DNA of 64,000 nt from the human T2T-CHM13v2.0 reference genome, Homo sapiens. Shown one piece after another: positions 12,901 through 26,285 of the stretch. The stretch lies in the NCBI RefSeq assembly GCF_009914755.1, contig NC_060935.1, one strand, 5' to 3'. The position numbers and the translations under genes are program-made. Positions within the stretch are counted from its first letter, which is position 1, and every line of letters starts with the position of its first letter. The notes under the pieces were generated by a model. It had not been told where the DNA came from. It saw nothing but the letters and a program-made list of their open reading frames with translations, and searched no databases.

Positions 12901-15900
12901 TCCTGGGCTCTCCCTTCAGGACACCAAGGGTCAAAAAACCCTGCAGAGCGAAAAAGAGCCCTTACAAACTTGCCAGTTTCCACATTTACTTTGGCAACCA
13001 GGAAGTGTGGCGTCCAGTGCTAGTTTTACATATAGCAACCGTGGGGGCCCTTATGTCTCACATGTGTGCAATGGACTCATCCTCCCGGCCCTCAATTTTG
13101 ATTTACTGGGGCCTAGAGGGGTTGGGACTTTCTGTCCTGGGGACACTGCTCTTCATTCAGCACCAGGCAGCTCTAGGATGTGGCTGGACCTGGTCCCCAT
13201 CACCAGCCCCCAGAGGCAGGAGTAAAATGGGGGCCCAGGGAAGGTGGCTCTCTGGATCTGTCTGAGAGTCTCCTCTCTGTCACCACAGCTGCTGCAGAGC
13301 AACAGGGACTCCACCGCTGGAGGCAGGAGAGCCAGCCGCAGGTGACTGAAGTAGGCACATGGTTGATGCCTCCCTGCAGATTTATCTCCTGTGAGGGAGC
13401 TTCTGTGGATGTTGCTGGCTTCTAGGAGGGTTAGGCATCTTCAAGATCGTGAAAGAGAGGATCTCAGCCCAGGCTCCCTGTGGTGACACGCTATTAATGC
13501 TGTTGTCACTGGGGAGTTTGAGTGGGGTATGTAGTGAGGTAGAAGGGAGCAGGCTGGCTTGGGGGCTTGGGTTGTGTGTCCAGCACCTGGCAGTGACGCT
13601 GCTGGGATGGATATCACGGGAAGAGCTAGGGCCTCTGTGTTCTTTCTGAACCTCAGTTTCCTCGCCCATGAAAGGGGACAGTGGGACTGTTCTGAGACTC
13701 CTTTTAACTCTGACCTTTGTTAGGTGTGGGCTTTGGATGGCAGCAGGAATGACCTGCGCCTCCTGCCTGCCTGGCCTCTTGATCCTCGGATGGTGTCAGG
13801 CAGTCTCTGCATCTCAGTCTCATTCTTCAGTAGTAATAGTAAGGGCAGTGGCAGCATTTGCTGAGCAGTTACCAGATGACAGGCGCTGTTTGAAGTGTTG
13901 ACTGATTTAACCCTCCTGATAATTCGGAGGTAGGTACTCTTCTTATCCCTGGTTTAGAAGTGAGGAGACTGAAGCACAGAGAGGTTAAGTACCTTGTCCA
14001 AGGTCACACAGCCAGTAAGTGGCAGAGCCAAGACTCAGATGCAGCCTGTTTTAGAGTGCAGGGTCTTAACCACCCCTTGCACACACTGTGGAATGAGAGC
14101 GACACTGCGACCCTGTGTTACTGCTGTGAGGACTGAAGCCGGTTAGTCCAGGACTTGGGACACAGAAGGTGCTCAGCTAATGTCAGATGGATCCCTATGG
14201 CTGGACCTGGCTGTCATCCCCTCCTTCAGGCACAACCTCTATCCCATCCCCAGGCCAATGACCAAAGCCATCTCTGGCCAGATGGGAAATCTCATGGGCT
14301 GGAGGTGGCACTCGCGGGGGTTCCCAAGCTCATTGTCCAGTTCCCTGTGGACACTCCAGAGGGCTGAGCCAGTACCTTCTTCCCCCCCATCCCCCTGGGA
14401 GCTCTTGGAGCCCCATCTGCTGGGAGTCTTGCTGCCAAGGGACTCTGCTCCTTAAAATCTGCTCCCAGGGCCAAGCCCACAGGGTACCTTAGGACGAGGG
14501 GGCGAGGCCCAGCCTGGGGTGCTTTTACCAGCAGCACCGGAGCACTCATGGTGGGGGCAGGCTCCTCGGTCAGGGCTTCTGTTTGCTCACTCCAGCCCTT
14601 TCTGACCAGCTGGGCACCAGCAGCACCTTCCAGACCCCAGCACCCAGTCACAGGTCACATCACAGGAGGTCCCCACAAAGCCCCTCAGGTGTCTGCTAAT
14701 GCAACAGCAGCCATCAGCAGATCCTTGGGGTGTGCAGGACCTGTGCAGAGTCCTGTAGTGACATCACCCCACTCTGTTCTGACCACAGCCTTGAGAGGGA
14801 TGTTGTTAGCCCCATTTTACAAGAGAAGAAACTGAGGTCCCAGAACAGTTCATCTAGCCAGAGGAGGGGGAGAGGGTTCTCCCTGAGCTGTCAGGGAAGA
14901 CACTGGGGTGGGAACCCAGCCTGACAGTCAGGAAGGGAGGGACGTTTCCCCAGAAGGGAAGGGTGTGAGCTCAGAGGGGGAAGGAGCCACTGTCTCAGCC
15001 CTTGTGACTGGGAGGGGAGCTGTGCTGAGGAGGCCATGGGGTGGGACTGAGGTGCTGGAGCCAGGCACTGCAGCTGGCACCCAGAGGTGTGGCGATGGGT
15101 ACTGTGAGACCCTGGCCCCGGGGACTGTTGAGCTGGGGTGGGGATGGGCAGCAAGGAGTCAGCAGGTTAACCGTAACACAGTGTGACCAGGGCCATGCTG
15201 GGGGAAGGGGTCTAGGGTTCCCATAAGGGAGCAGCCTGTTTCCCAGGAGGAGAGTGGGTTGCATGAGGGCTGTCAGGGAGGGCTTCAAAGAGGAGGTGAC
15301 TTTTAGCTGACCTAGAGAGATGAGTTGGATTTCACCCATCAGAACTGGAGTAAGCAAAGCATGGACCCTTCCAGTGATGTGTTTCTGGGGAGCAGCATGT
15401 TTGGGGTGTCGAGAAAGAAGGATGTGGCAGTGTAAGAAGGTGCTGGAGAGCCTCTCCAGCCAGAAGGATTTGTCAGCTGAGGGTGGGCTCTGTGCTGGAG
15501 TCTGTCTGCACCAGGATCGCTTTCTGCTCAGGTGATAAGGGAATGCGTGGATTCAGAGAGGGCGAGGCATATGCCTGAGGTTGCACCGCCTGTCGCTGCC
15601 GCCCGAGGGGCTTGGACTTTGTCCTGCAGGCCATGGGGAGCCAGGAAGGTTTTTAAAGTAGGGGGCAGCATATGCATTTTTAAAAAGAGTTTGCATTTTT
15701 AGAAAGAGGAACTCCCAGAATGGTTAGTACTTAGTCCAGGGGCCTGAATCACCAGCAGGAAAATTGGGCTGTGTGGGTGGGGGAAGAAGGAGGCTTCCTT
15801 GGGCTGCTTAAGTCATTCCATCCATGTGAGAGGGGTCCTGGCACCCCATTCACACTTGCCTGTGCTGGGGGTCCAACCAGAGGCAGGAGGAGCCCCCAGC

Positions 15901-18900
15901 AGTGCCCCTGTGGCCCCTGCTGGAAGGTATGCCGTGCCTGCCCTGGAAGCCCCACTGGTGTGGGATAGGAAGGGCAGGCAGCGCCTACCCCCGCCCCACT
16001 GTGGCTGTTAGAGGGGAGGACCCTGTGCCCCAGGGGAGGAGAGCCAGAAGAGGTGCTTTGTGGCAGCCCCAGACCAGGAAGTAGCCTCTGCCCTCCCCGC
16101 TCCTGAGACATTTCCTCCAGATGAAATCACATCCCCAGCAGGGGAACAGGCCCTTATTGTGATGGGCCGGGGTCTCTAGAGAAAGGGCACCATTCAAGGC
16201 CCTTAAAAATAGCCCCAAGAGATGTATGAATTGGCCTGGAGAGTGGTGCAGCCCACCCCCAACCCTTATGCAGCACAGGCCCTGCCACCCCCACCCCAGA
16301 CCTTGACTTGTTGGTGACCAGCCGGAGATTCCACCAGCCCAGGCGGGAGGGGTGGCTGGTCCAGCAAGGGGTTCCTTGCACTCCCTCCGCCTCGCCCGCC
16401 CCAGCTAAGACAGCTAGAGCCTCTGCAGACCTCTCATGTGATTCTCACCAGGACTTTAGGAGGTAGGGATAATCGACATTTTACAAATCGACATTTTACA
16501 GTTGAGGAAACTGAGGCACGACTAATAAGTCACACAGTGGGTACGTGGTAGAGCCCAGGTTCAAAACCAGCCAGCCTGGCACTTGTGTCCCAGCCTCTGT
16601 GCCTCGGATTCTATGGTGGTGGGCCGGCCACTGGTGCAGGCCTGTCACTGGGTACCCAGCAGGGTCGGCCCCCAGGAGCCCCGCCTCATACTCTAGGTAG
16701 GTACTGCTGTTGACCATGGCAATTGGCCTCAGGCTGGTCACCCTGAGGTGGGGGCAGTGGTTACCACTGGTCATATCCCTCCAGCGTCTTGACAGTCCTT
16801 CAGCCACCTCACCTCTGCAGGGCCCAGGGCCAGGTTCGGCTCACTCCTTCCAGCCTGAGAGCTGAAGCGAGCGGGCATTGTTCGGGCAGAGGAGGGGAGT
16901 GCAGAGTGAGTGTGTGTGTTGGGTGGATGGTGTGTGATCTCGAGGAGTGTTAGCTATCCTGGGTTCCATGGGTCCAAGGGTGGGAGTGAGAGGAGGGACC
17001 TCCCAGGGTGACTGAGAGGGGCCATCCATGGGGTGGACCTGAGAAGGAGATATTCTTGGCTGCTGGCAGAGGCAGGCCTGGGGGCAGGCTGGGTAGGGCC
17101 AGACCCTAGCCCTCCAGCCAGCCCCTCTGGGACAGCACTGCTCCCTCCTCCCCTGGTCTGGCCAGATCAGAGCAGGATGCGGCTCTACAGCACCTGCGGG
17201 GGCGTACTGCCCCCCCAGCCTCTAGATTCATTCCATTTCATTCTGTTCCATTCATGTGAGGGGCTCCTGGCAGCCCCGACAGCCCCCTGAGCCCGACCCA
17301 GCGCTGCACCTTACCCTCTGTGAGCTACTTGGAGACAGGGAGGGGGCGGCAATACCAGCTGTTGGCAGCTCTGTTCTGCCCCAGCCCAACTGCCACCCAC
17401 GGTGCCCCAGCCCCCCCTCCTGTCCTATCGTGTCCAACCCTAATCTGAAGCTGGTGCTGTCAGCCACATGTCACAGGCACTGCTGACGCCCCGGACCCCT
17501 GCAGTCCACAGACCACCCCCCACCCCCAAAGCCCAGCCACCCCACCACCATGCTCCCTCACTCTCCACCCTTCTCCCTGCCTCCCAGAAGCTGAGCTCCG
17601 ACTCCTCCTTGGAGAGAGAGTGGGATGATGTCACTTCCTGAGGGTGGGGGGAGGAGTAGGCACGACCCCGGCAGGCTAGCCCGCCAGCCCGCCAGGCCAC
17701 AGCTCGCCAAGTGGCTGCACCGGGGATAGGGAGGCGGGCCGGGCGGACATGCGGGCTGGCCACCTGGCCCCACGCCCTCTCGCCCACCCTGGGGGCTATG
17801 CCCACTGGCCAAGGGAGACTTGGCTGCTTCCTCCCCGAATGATGCCGGGCTCCTCGGACACACATTTTCCCTGGAGCCGCCACTGGGGAGAGGAGGATCT
17901 GCCGCCTGCCCCGGACCAGGTGCCATGTAAGCCTCTACTGGCCCCCGGCGGGGGACAGCTGCCCACCAACTTGGTCCCCAGCCCCCTGCAGCAGTTTAGT
18001 GCAGAGCTACCCTGGAGCCCTTTATGGGTATCTCTGGGGACCTAGCTCCCTGTGGGGTCACCTCCCACCCATGCTGCTTCCTTTCTCTTTGGGATGCTAA
18101 GGAGTGAGGGCCCTGAGTTCCTGGGCACTCTTTCCTGAGCTTGCTTGGGGCTGATTTGAATTCAGCTACTTCAGAGAGTTGAAAATCCAGCTGGAAAAGC
18201 TGCATGGCTCAGGGTGGGCTTGGGAGGTATGGTTGCCAGGAGGGGTGTGACCCTGCAGGGCTTACCCCATCCTTCCAGCAGTGTGGGGTGGAAGGTGTCC
18301 CAAGCCCTACTCCTGACCCTGCACCTCAACCGTGCTCTTCCCTCCCTGGAGGCATAGCTGTGGTGGGGACTTCTGTCTGATGGGTTCAAAACCAAGTCAT
18401 AGAGCACGCTCTTGGCTTCCAGCAAAGCAGGAAACTGAAGCCTTCATTCAAGAAATACTTACTGAGCACCTGCTCTATGCCAGGCACTCCTCACCTTCCA
18501 TGTTTGTCAGTCCCAGCTGCCAACCATACAGGGTCCCTTGCCCCCACCTTCCCAAGGCCTTCAGCCTTCCTCCTGCCCTGCTGGGCTTTGTGCTGTTGGG
18601 TGGGCTTGTTCTTGGTCTGGGAAGCCCCTCCCTTGACTCCAAGGACAGTGTGCACTGGGCCAGGTCTAAAGATTATAGGGTTTGAGGGCTGGGCTGAGGG
18701 TCCCACTGATCCCATGAAGGAGGAAACGGGGTCTTTAATAGAGCTCAACAGTGACTGCTGGGGTAACCCCAGGTAGAAGCCGATCCCTAGTGGCCAGTAC
18801 CAGTCTCGGGGGACAGGAGAGACTCCAGGGGGAAGGCTGAAGTCTGTGTCCTGCTGCTAAGGTCCTTTGTGTTGGCTCCTGCCCGGAGGTGGGTCAGCAC

Positions 18901-19032
18901 TTCCAGTGGCCAGCTCCAAAAATGCCTGTGCTTCTGGCCACACCGGGGACTGGTCCCGTGGCCCAAGGAATGCAGTGGCCCTGGGTGCCTTCACCTCCTC
19001 AGGCAGCTATAAGGTCCTCTGCTTTCTTTCAG

Positions 19033-19076
19033 GAGGTGAGCACCAGGCCCACTGAGCCTCTGCAGAGCCACCAGCC
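19033..19076 (+). other. DAGLA: DAGLA exon 2, 5'UTR part
   Basis: Follows the acceptor AG at 19031-19032. An in-frame TGA at 19053-19055 upstream of the ATG supports 19077 as the start. Confidence 0.9.
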
Positions 19077-19171
19077 ATGCCCGGGATCGTGGTGTTCCGG
19101 CGGCGCTGGTCTGTGGGCAGTGATGACCTCGTCCTACCGGCCATCTTCCTCTTTCTCCTGCATACCACCTG
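19077..19171 (+). CDS. DAGLA: Diacylglycerol lipase alpha, exon 2 (MPGIVVFRRRWSVGSDDLVLPAIFLFLLHTT-W)
   Basis: Start context ccagccATG, recognised N-terminus, donor TG|gtgagt, 95 nt. Confidence 0.98.
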
Positions 19172-19599
19172 GTGAGTCCCCAGGCCCGGGGCCACAGGCC
19201 TGGGTTTGGAGAGAAAGGTCTGGAAGGACGCTTTCTGGCCATTTGTTCCTCCCTGCTTGGGCCCAAGTCCCAACCCTGTCATGCCCCCAGCTGCCCGGAG
19301 GAGGTGCCTGAAACATCTAGCCCCTTAGGGCAATGACACCCCTGCTACCATTGCTGGACCTGACCCCAACACTGGGGGGAGTTGCTGCTACTGTCTCCCC
19401 ATGGCTGACCCTGAGTCTTTTACTGGCCGCCCATGCCCTTCTAGGCATTCGATGCCAGGTGGACAATGGTCTTATGGAGGAGGTGCCTGCTGCCAGCCCT
19501 CCTTCCACTGAATCTGGGCTGGGGAAGGGCCTGCCTGCTAGTAGCATCTCGAGGTACAGGGGCCACCTGGCCTTGCTCACACGGGCGTTCCTGTGACAG

Positions 19600-19811
19600 G
19601 TTTGTGATCCTGTCCGTGGTGCTCTTCGGCCTGGTCTATAACCCGCACGAGGCCTGCTCCCTGAACCTGGTGGACCACGGCCGCGGCTACCTGGGCATCC
19701 TGCTGAGCTGCATGATCGCTGAGATGGCCATCATCTGGCTGAGCATGCGCGGGGGCATCCTCTACACGGAGCCCCGTGACTCCATGCAGTACGTGCTCTA
19801 CGTGCGCCTGG
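19600..19811 (+). CDS. DAGLA: DAGLA exon 3 (end of TM1, TM2)
   Basis: cag|G TTT GTG ATC... encodes FVILSVVLFGLVY...YVLYVRL; donor G|gtaagg; 212 nt. Confidence 0.98.
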
Positions 19812-19964
19812 GTAAGGGCCACCCACCCTGGGGTGCTGCCCCAGACAACTCCCACCTCTCCATTCACTCAGCCAGTATTTACTGCGCACATGTTGCGAGC
19901 CAGGCCCTGTTTTAGCACTGGGGTACAGCAGTGAACTAAGGCCTTCTGTAGCTTACATTCTAGA

Positions 19965-20485
<521 letters not shown>

Positions 20486-21151
20486 TCCTCAACCATGTGC
20501 ATCTCTTCAAAGCATATCTTCCTTGTGATCCTTCTCAAAACAGGCCTTCTGCTTCCTGGGAACCCCCTCAGGAGTCTGGGCCAGCTCCCCAGAGGACCAG
20601 CCTGTGTCCTCTTCTTGGGCTTAGGTTGCAGCCCCTTCTGGTCATTTGTAGTGAACACTGCTCTTGTGCTTCTGTGCACTGGGCTAGGCCCTTTTTCCTG
20701 TGTTAACTCACAGGGAGTGGGTGTTATTGGTCTCCGTTTATAGATGAGGAAACTGGGGCCCAGGCCTAGCTCTCACACAACTAGTAAGCGTGTAAATGTC
20801 GGAGCTGGGATTTGAACCCACGCTGTCTGGCTCCAAAGTCTGGTCTCTGAGCTGCCACACTGCTGCCCGTGCAGCTGGGGCTTTCCAGGCTGCCCCCATG
20901 AGGCCAGCAGATCTCCTTCTCAGCCACCACTCCATACCCCTCCCCTCCAGTCTCAGCCCCTGAGGGGCCTGAGCTGGATGCAGACCAGCTGCTGGGCCCT
21001 TCCTCTCTCCTCCATCAGGTTCCAGAGGCCTCTTGCTGGGAAATAGTTTCCATGAAGTGAACACGCTCTCATCTAATTTTTGCACAGTCCTATGACATAA
21101 ATGTTGTCACTCCCATTTTACAGATGAGGAAATGGAGGCTCAGAGAGATTA

Positions 21152-21568
<417 letters not shown>

Positions 21569-21779
21569 TCATTCAGGGGCCAACAGGACCAAATGGTGAC
21601 AGGACGGGCTTGGGGCCTGGGAGGCGGGGGGTGGGGGGTCTGCTAATGGCCCGCTGCCTCTGCCTTTGCTACTGAGCTGGCTGAAAGCCCAGCGATAGGA
21701 AAGGCCAGGCCGGGGTTCTAGGCCCTTCCCTGGCATGCAAGTGGCAGCCATCCTTCAGCCAGGCCTGCTCTCCTTGCAG

Positions 21780-21881
21780 CCATCCTGGTGATCGAGTTCA
21801 TCTACGCCATCGTGGGCATCGTCTGGCTCACTCAGTACTACACCTCCTGCAACGACCTCACTGCCAAGAATGTCACCCTCG
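21780..21881 (+). CDS. DAGLA: DAGLA exon 4 (TM3)
   Basis: ttgcag|CC ATC CTG... encodes AILVIEFIYAIVGIVWLTQYYTSCNDLTAKNVTL; donor G|gtacgt; 102 nt. Confidence 0.98.
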
Positions 21882-22354
21882 GTACGTCTGGGTGAGGCCT
21901 GCTGGAGCCTCAGCAGCCCCGGGGGCACAGGGGACGAGATCAGTTTAGAGAGGAAGAAGCTTGGGCATTGCCAGAGGGCAGTGCCTTCTGTGGGGGCACC
22001 AGCAGGTTGGCTGGGCGAGACTGCTTCCCTCACCCTTGAGGCCTGCCAGCTACCTGGTCTGGGGTGGGCTGCAGCAGGCACAGAGCTGCTCAGGTCAAGC
22101 CGAGGCTCCTCAGCACCTCCTTGGAAACCCACAGAGCTGCCTGCTCTGAGCCAAGAGTGGCCCTTGGGGTTGTGGGTGGGCAATAGGGTGGCCACGTATG
22201 TGGCCAGAGACTGGGACCAGGGGCTTTGGAGCCTGGCTTTTGTCCCCAGAAGCATTTGGGGTTAGGGAGGCTCCAATGTCCCTTTCTTCAGAGCGGGTGA
22301 GCCAGAGAGGTGTCCCCAGCGCCCCTACATAATGCCTCCCACTGCTGCCCGCAG

Positions 22355-22493
22355 GAATGGTTGTCTGCAACTGGGTAGTCATCCTCAGTGTGTGCATCAC
22401 TGTCCTCTGCGTCTTCGACCCCACGGGCCGCACCTTTGTCAAGCTGAGAGCCACCAAGAGGAGGCAGCGTAACCTGCGGACCTACAACCTGCG
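22355..22493 (+). CDS. DAGLA: DAGLA exon 5 (TM4)
   Basis: GMVVCNWVVILSVCITVLCVFDPTGR...TYNLR; donor CG|gtcagt; 139 nt. Confidence 0.98.
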
Positions 22494-24915
22494 GTCAGTC
22501 AGCGGGCTGGGTGGGCAGTCCCAGGGTGGGCTTTGCTGTCTGGTGGGCAGAGGTCTCCATTCTTCAGAAGGCTACCCCAGGCCTCCCAGACTGCATGCCA
22601 ACCTCGTGTGAGCCGTGGGCATTAGTCAAAGGGCTTAACTGCTCCCTGCCTCAGTTTCCTTGTCTATAAAGTGGGAATAATAACAATTCTTGTCTCATGT
22701 TGTTGTGAGATTTAACTGAGCTAATACCTGCAGAGTGACTAACACAGTGCTCACACTGGGTAAGTGCTCGGTTAATAGTAGTTGTTGTCATCATTGTCCA
22801 CTGCTGATAATAACAATGGTAATAACAGTGAAGCCAAGCATTGCGTGTAGTAAGTTACAAGTCCACCACACAGCTGTCAACTTCCCCATAATATGGGTGG
22901 AGAAACTGAGGTACAGAGAGATGATGGGACTTGCCTGAGGTTACACAGCTAGAAAATGGTAAGGCTGGGAACTAGCCCAGGCAGTCTGGCCTTAGAGTCC
23001 TCGCTTAACTAGCTATTAAATTAGGCTAGGCTGCCTCTAGGATTCAGAGATTGGGAGAGGCAAGTCAAGGAAAGCTTCCTAGAGGGGGTGAGTTTTGCAT
23101 GATGTTTTAAAGATGGGGGAAAGTGTGCCATGGCAGACAAAATGAGGGAGGGCATCCAGGTAGTGTCACAATAATTTGTTTGTTGAAAGAAAAAGAGAGG
23201 GGCTTCCAGGGTGGGTCCCAGTACCTCCTGTTAATGGGGCTTCTACAGTGCATTATGTAAGGAGCTCCCCATGCCAAGCCCTTTACGCAATTCATCCATT
23301 TAATCCCTTTGTGAACCCCGGCATGGTTGTGAGATCCATTCTACAGATGAGGAATCCAAGTCCCAGAGAGGGCAGGTCACCTGCCGTGGGTCTTGCTGCT
23401 GGGGTGCAGAACTGGCACCACACCTGCAGCCCAGAGCAGCTGGCTCAAGCACCTGGGGAGCAGGCTGTCTGGACCCCCGCTGCCCGGCAGGAATTCTCAC
23501 CGTCCCACCCTCCTGCACTGCTGTGTTCGGCTCCCCGTGGACCTTCCACGTCAGCTCAGCACTGCAGCCAGAGCCACACCCGTGCCTGCTGTGGCCACGT
23601 CCCAGCCCAAAATGTCAGGTCTGGGAGCCAAGGCCCCAAAGCCCATATTCCCTCCCAGCCCAGCTGGCCACCACCACCCATCCCACAGTGCTCTGGGAAC
23701 CCTGCTTGGCCAGCACACTGTCCCTTCATGCCCCAGAAGGTGGGACATTGGTTTAGGATGTACAGCTGTCCAAGTCCCTAAGAGCCAGCAGGTCCCCAGA
23801 GTAGCAATTCCCTGCACCCTTCCCTACCTGCCTCCCGTAGCCCTGGAAGACCCTGTTGCCCTCCTTCTCCTTGTGGCCATTTGCCTTATGAAGCCAGGGT
23901 TGGAGAGCGGGAAGCGGTCCTTAGACACACGGAGGAGCCAAGAGGCTCAAAAAGGGCCTGGCCTGTCACTACAGATTGATGTTAAGTGCCTTGAATGCAT
24001 ATGAGGGCCACCCTTGCCTTCCTCTCCTGACCACCCAGCATCAGGCTTTTAAGGGGCCGCACATGGCACAAAAGCAAGCTAGCCCCTTCTTGCTCGGTTT
24101 GGAGGTCTGCACTTTTAATGTTGGATCTGTTATCTTTATGCTCAACACACTGACTGCAGACATCCAGCCTAGGAGGAACCTCTGTGAATAACTGGCCCAT
24201 TGCTCTGCCTTTGGGTACAGACTCCTGGAGACCCTGATTCTCCATCTGAGCAGCCAGACCCACTGGGGATGGGGTTGGGGGGTGAGAATAGACAAGGGCA
24301 ACCATGTGGGTGAGGGGTAGAGCCCTCTCCCTACCTAGGTATCAGATCCAAGGAATTGGGAAATGCAGAGCCTTACTCAGCCCCATAGATTTCCTGTAAG
24401 TAGAGTATGTAAGTATGTAAGTGTCTGAAATCCTTTCTGGGGAAAAGCAGGTCTTTCTGGAAGGTCTGTTCCAGGCCTTAGAATGAGACGACAGGGAGGC
24501 CCAACACCCTGCTGACCTCCCAGGGTTTGAGCCTTTGGACACCTGAGCTGCAGGGTAGCCCCCACTTAGGGCTCCCAGCTCTGAAGCCCCAGAGCCTGCC
24601 TGTGTTCAGTCTTCCAAAAGCCAAGGAGCCTCTCAACTGCTCCCCACCTCTCTCTTCCACCCACCCACCCTTGGCCAACGGCACACACCATCTTAGGCTA
24701 GCAGGAGTCTGTCAGGGAGGGCCCCTGCTGGCCAGCAGCCAGGCCACTGGCCACCAGCTCTGGCAGGGCCTGGGCCCTGTTCTCCCCCAGAACCCACTGC
24801 GGGAACCCTTTGGTAGGGTCCTGGGAACAGCCTGCCCTGTTTCCATAACGTCTGGGTCCCAGCTCTTCTGGTCCAGCCCTCTGACCTCACACATACCGCC
24901 TCTCCTGCTTTGCAG

Positions 24916-25003
24916 GCACCGCTTAGAGGAGGGTCAAGCCACCAGCTGGTCGCGCCGGCTCAAAGTGTTCCTCTGCTGCACGCGGACGAAGGACTCCCAG
25001 TCA
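24916..25003 (+). CDS. DAGLA: DAGLA exon 6
   Basis: HRLEEGQATSWSRRLKVFLCCTRTKDSQS; donor |gtaagt; 88 nt. Confidence 0.98.
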
Positions 25004-26069
25004 GTAAGTACTGGGAGGTCGCTCCCCTCTGGCTCACATCCTGTGGTCAGGTGATTAAGGGGCTGTTGGCTCCTTTGGCAAAGCAGGATGGGGCAGGGCT
25101 GGTGGGAAGGAGCTGGGTTTCCAGCGTGAGCAAGTATGGCCTGCTCACACAGGGCCTGTTATTCACTGAGCCACTCGCTCCAGCACGCAGGACCACGTCC
25201 ACTTGCTTTGTCAAGGGAACAGAAAGCTGTGAAGACTGCATCAACTCCCTTGGAACTTATACTCTAGTTTAGGAGAAGAAATATGCAAAGTCAGGGTGAC
25301 CTGAAGACAAAGAAAAGTAGCGTTTCACCAGCAGCAAATTAATCAAGAAGGCCTGGCAAAGCCGATAGGCGTTTAGCACGGTCCTAGATGGGGACACATA
25401 GCCTTCAGCACCTGGGAGCTCAGAGGAGTGACCAGAGGGCCGGACTTAATGCCAGGGCACTGCAGAAGGAAGACAGGGCCAGCTGGGGGCGGCCCCCAAG
25501 GGGAGGGAAGGGAGGCAGGCCCCGGGATCATCCAGGGGTGCCCCGCAGCGGGCAGGGACCTTAGAGATCATCTAGTCCCACCCCTCATTTTACAGATCAG
25601 GCAGCTGAGGCCCAGAGAGGTGGAGTGACTTGCTCAGCGTCCCACAGCTAGTTAGTAGCAGAGCCAGTGAGGTCAGGAGACCACTCCTCCCTGAGGCAGA
25701 CAGCAAAGTGCCTTCCACGGAAGCCACCGGGAAGCCTCGAGTGGCTCCTGCCCACCAGCGTCCCCTGGTGAGCCATAGAGTGAGTAATCAAGTGTAAGAA
25801 AGCCCCCGAGGTTCCCTGGTGGGCGGGGAGCACCCCCTTGGGTCTCTCTGGGGCGGTCTGAGGGGTCTGGGCTGCAAGGCAGGCCATGCAGAGGGCAGAG
25901 AGCCGGCCCCTGGCGGATGGAGGCTGGGGCTGCTGTGTGGAGGGCACGCCTGCCCCTCTGGGTGCACGGGCAGAGCTGGGGCTGTTGTCAGAGTCTGGGG
26001 AAAAGATAGCACATCACAGCAGAGCCCCACGGCAAAGGTCCTGTTAGACACTGATGGCCTCAGGGGGCA

Positions 26070-26285
26070 GGTCTGGTCCCAAGCATGTTTTGATCAGCGT
26101 GTGTTGTGTTGCTTACACATTTTAATTGGATGCCAGCATTTAAAAATCAGGGGTATTTCCATAAACTTCTGTATTTCTGAATCTGGTGAAGTGGGCCCTG
26201 GAGGGCCTCCGGTCAGCTGGAGCCGAGCAGTATCTGGCTCCGTTTGGCTCCATTCGGCATTTGAATTTGCAGCCCTTGATTTAGT
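26070..26285. mobile_element. Ancient hAT DNA-transposon remnant (MER102-like)
   Basis: gccagcatttaaaaatcagggtatttccataaa...tttctg resembles the MER102 core as I remember it. Confidence 0.45.

Noticed and set aside
13156-13175. TTCAGCACC left half of an RE1/REST site (also near 25404)
   Set aside because: The right half GGACAG is absent or mis-spaced, so it is not a supportable RE1.
12708-13265. 185-aa ORF in a somewhat AT-richer patch of intron 1
   Set aside because: GTG start and no motif. The patch may be an ancient repeat or conserved non-coding element that I cannot identify by eye.
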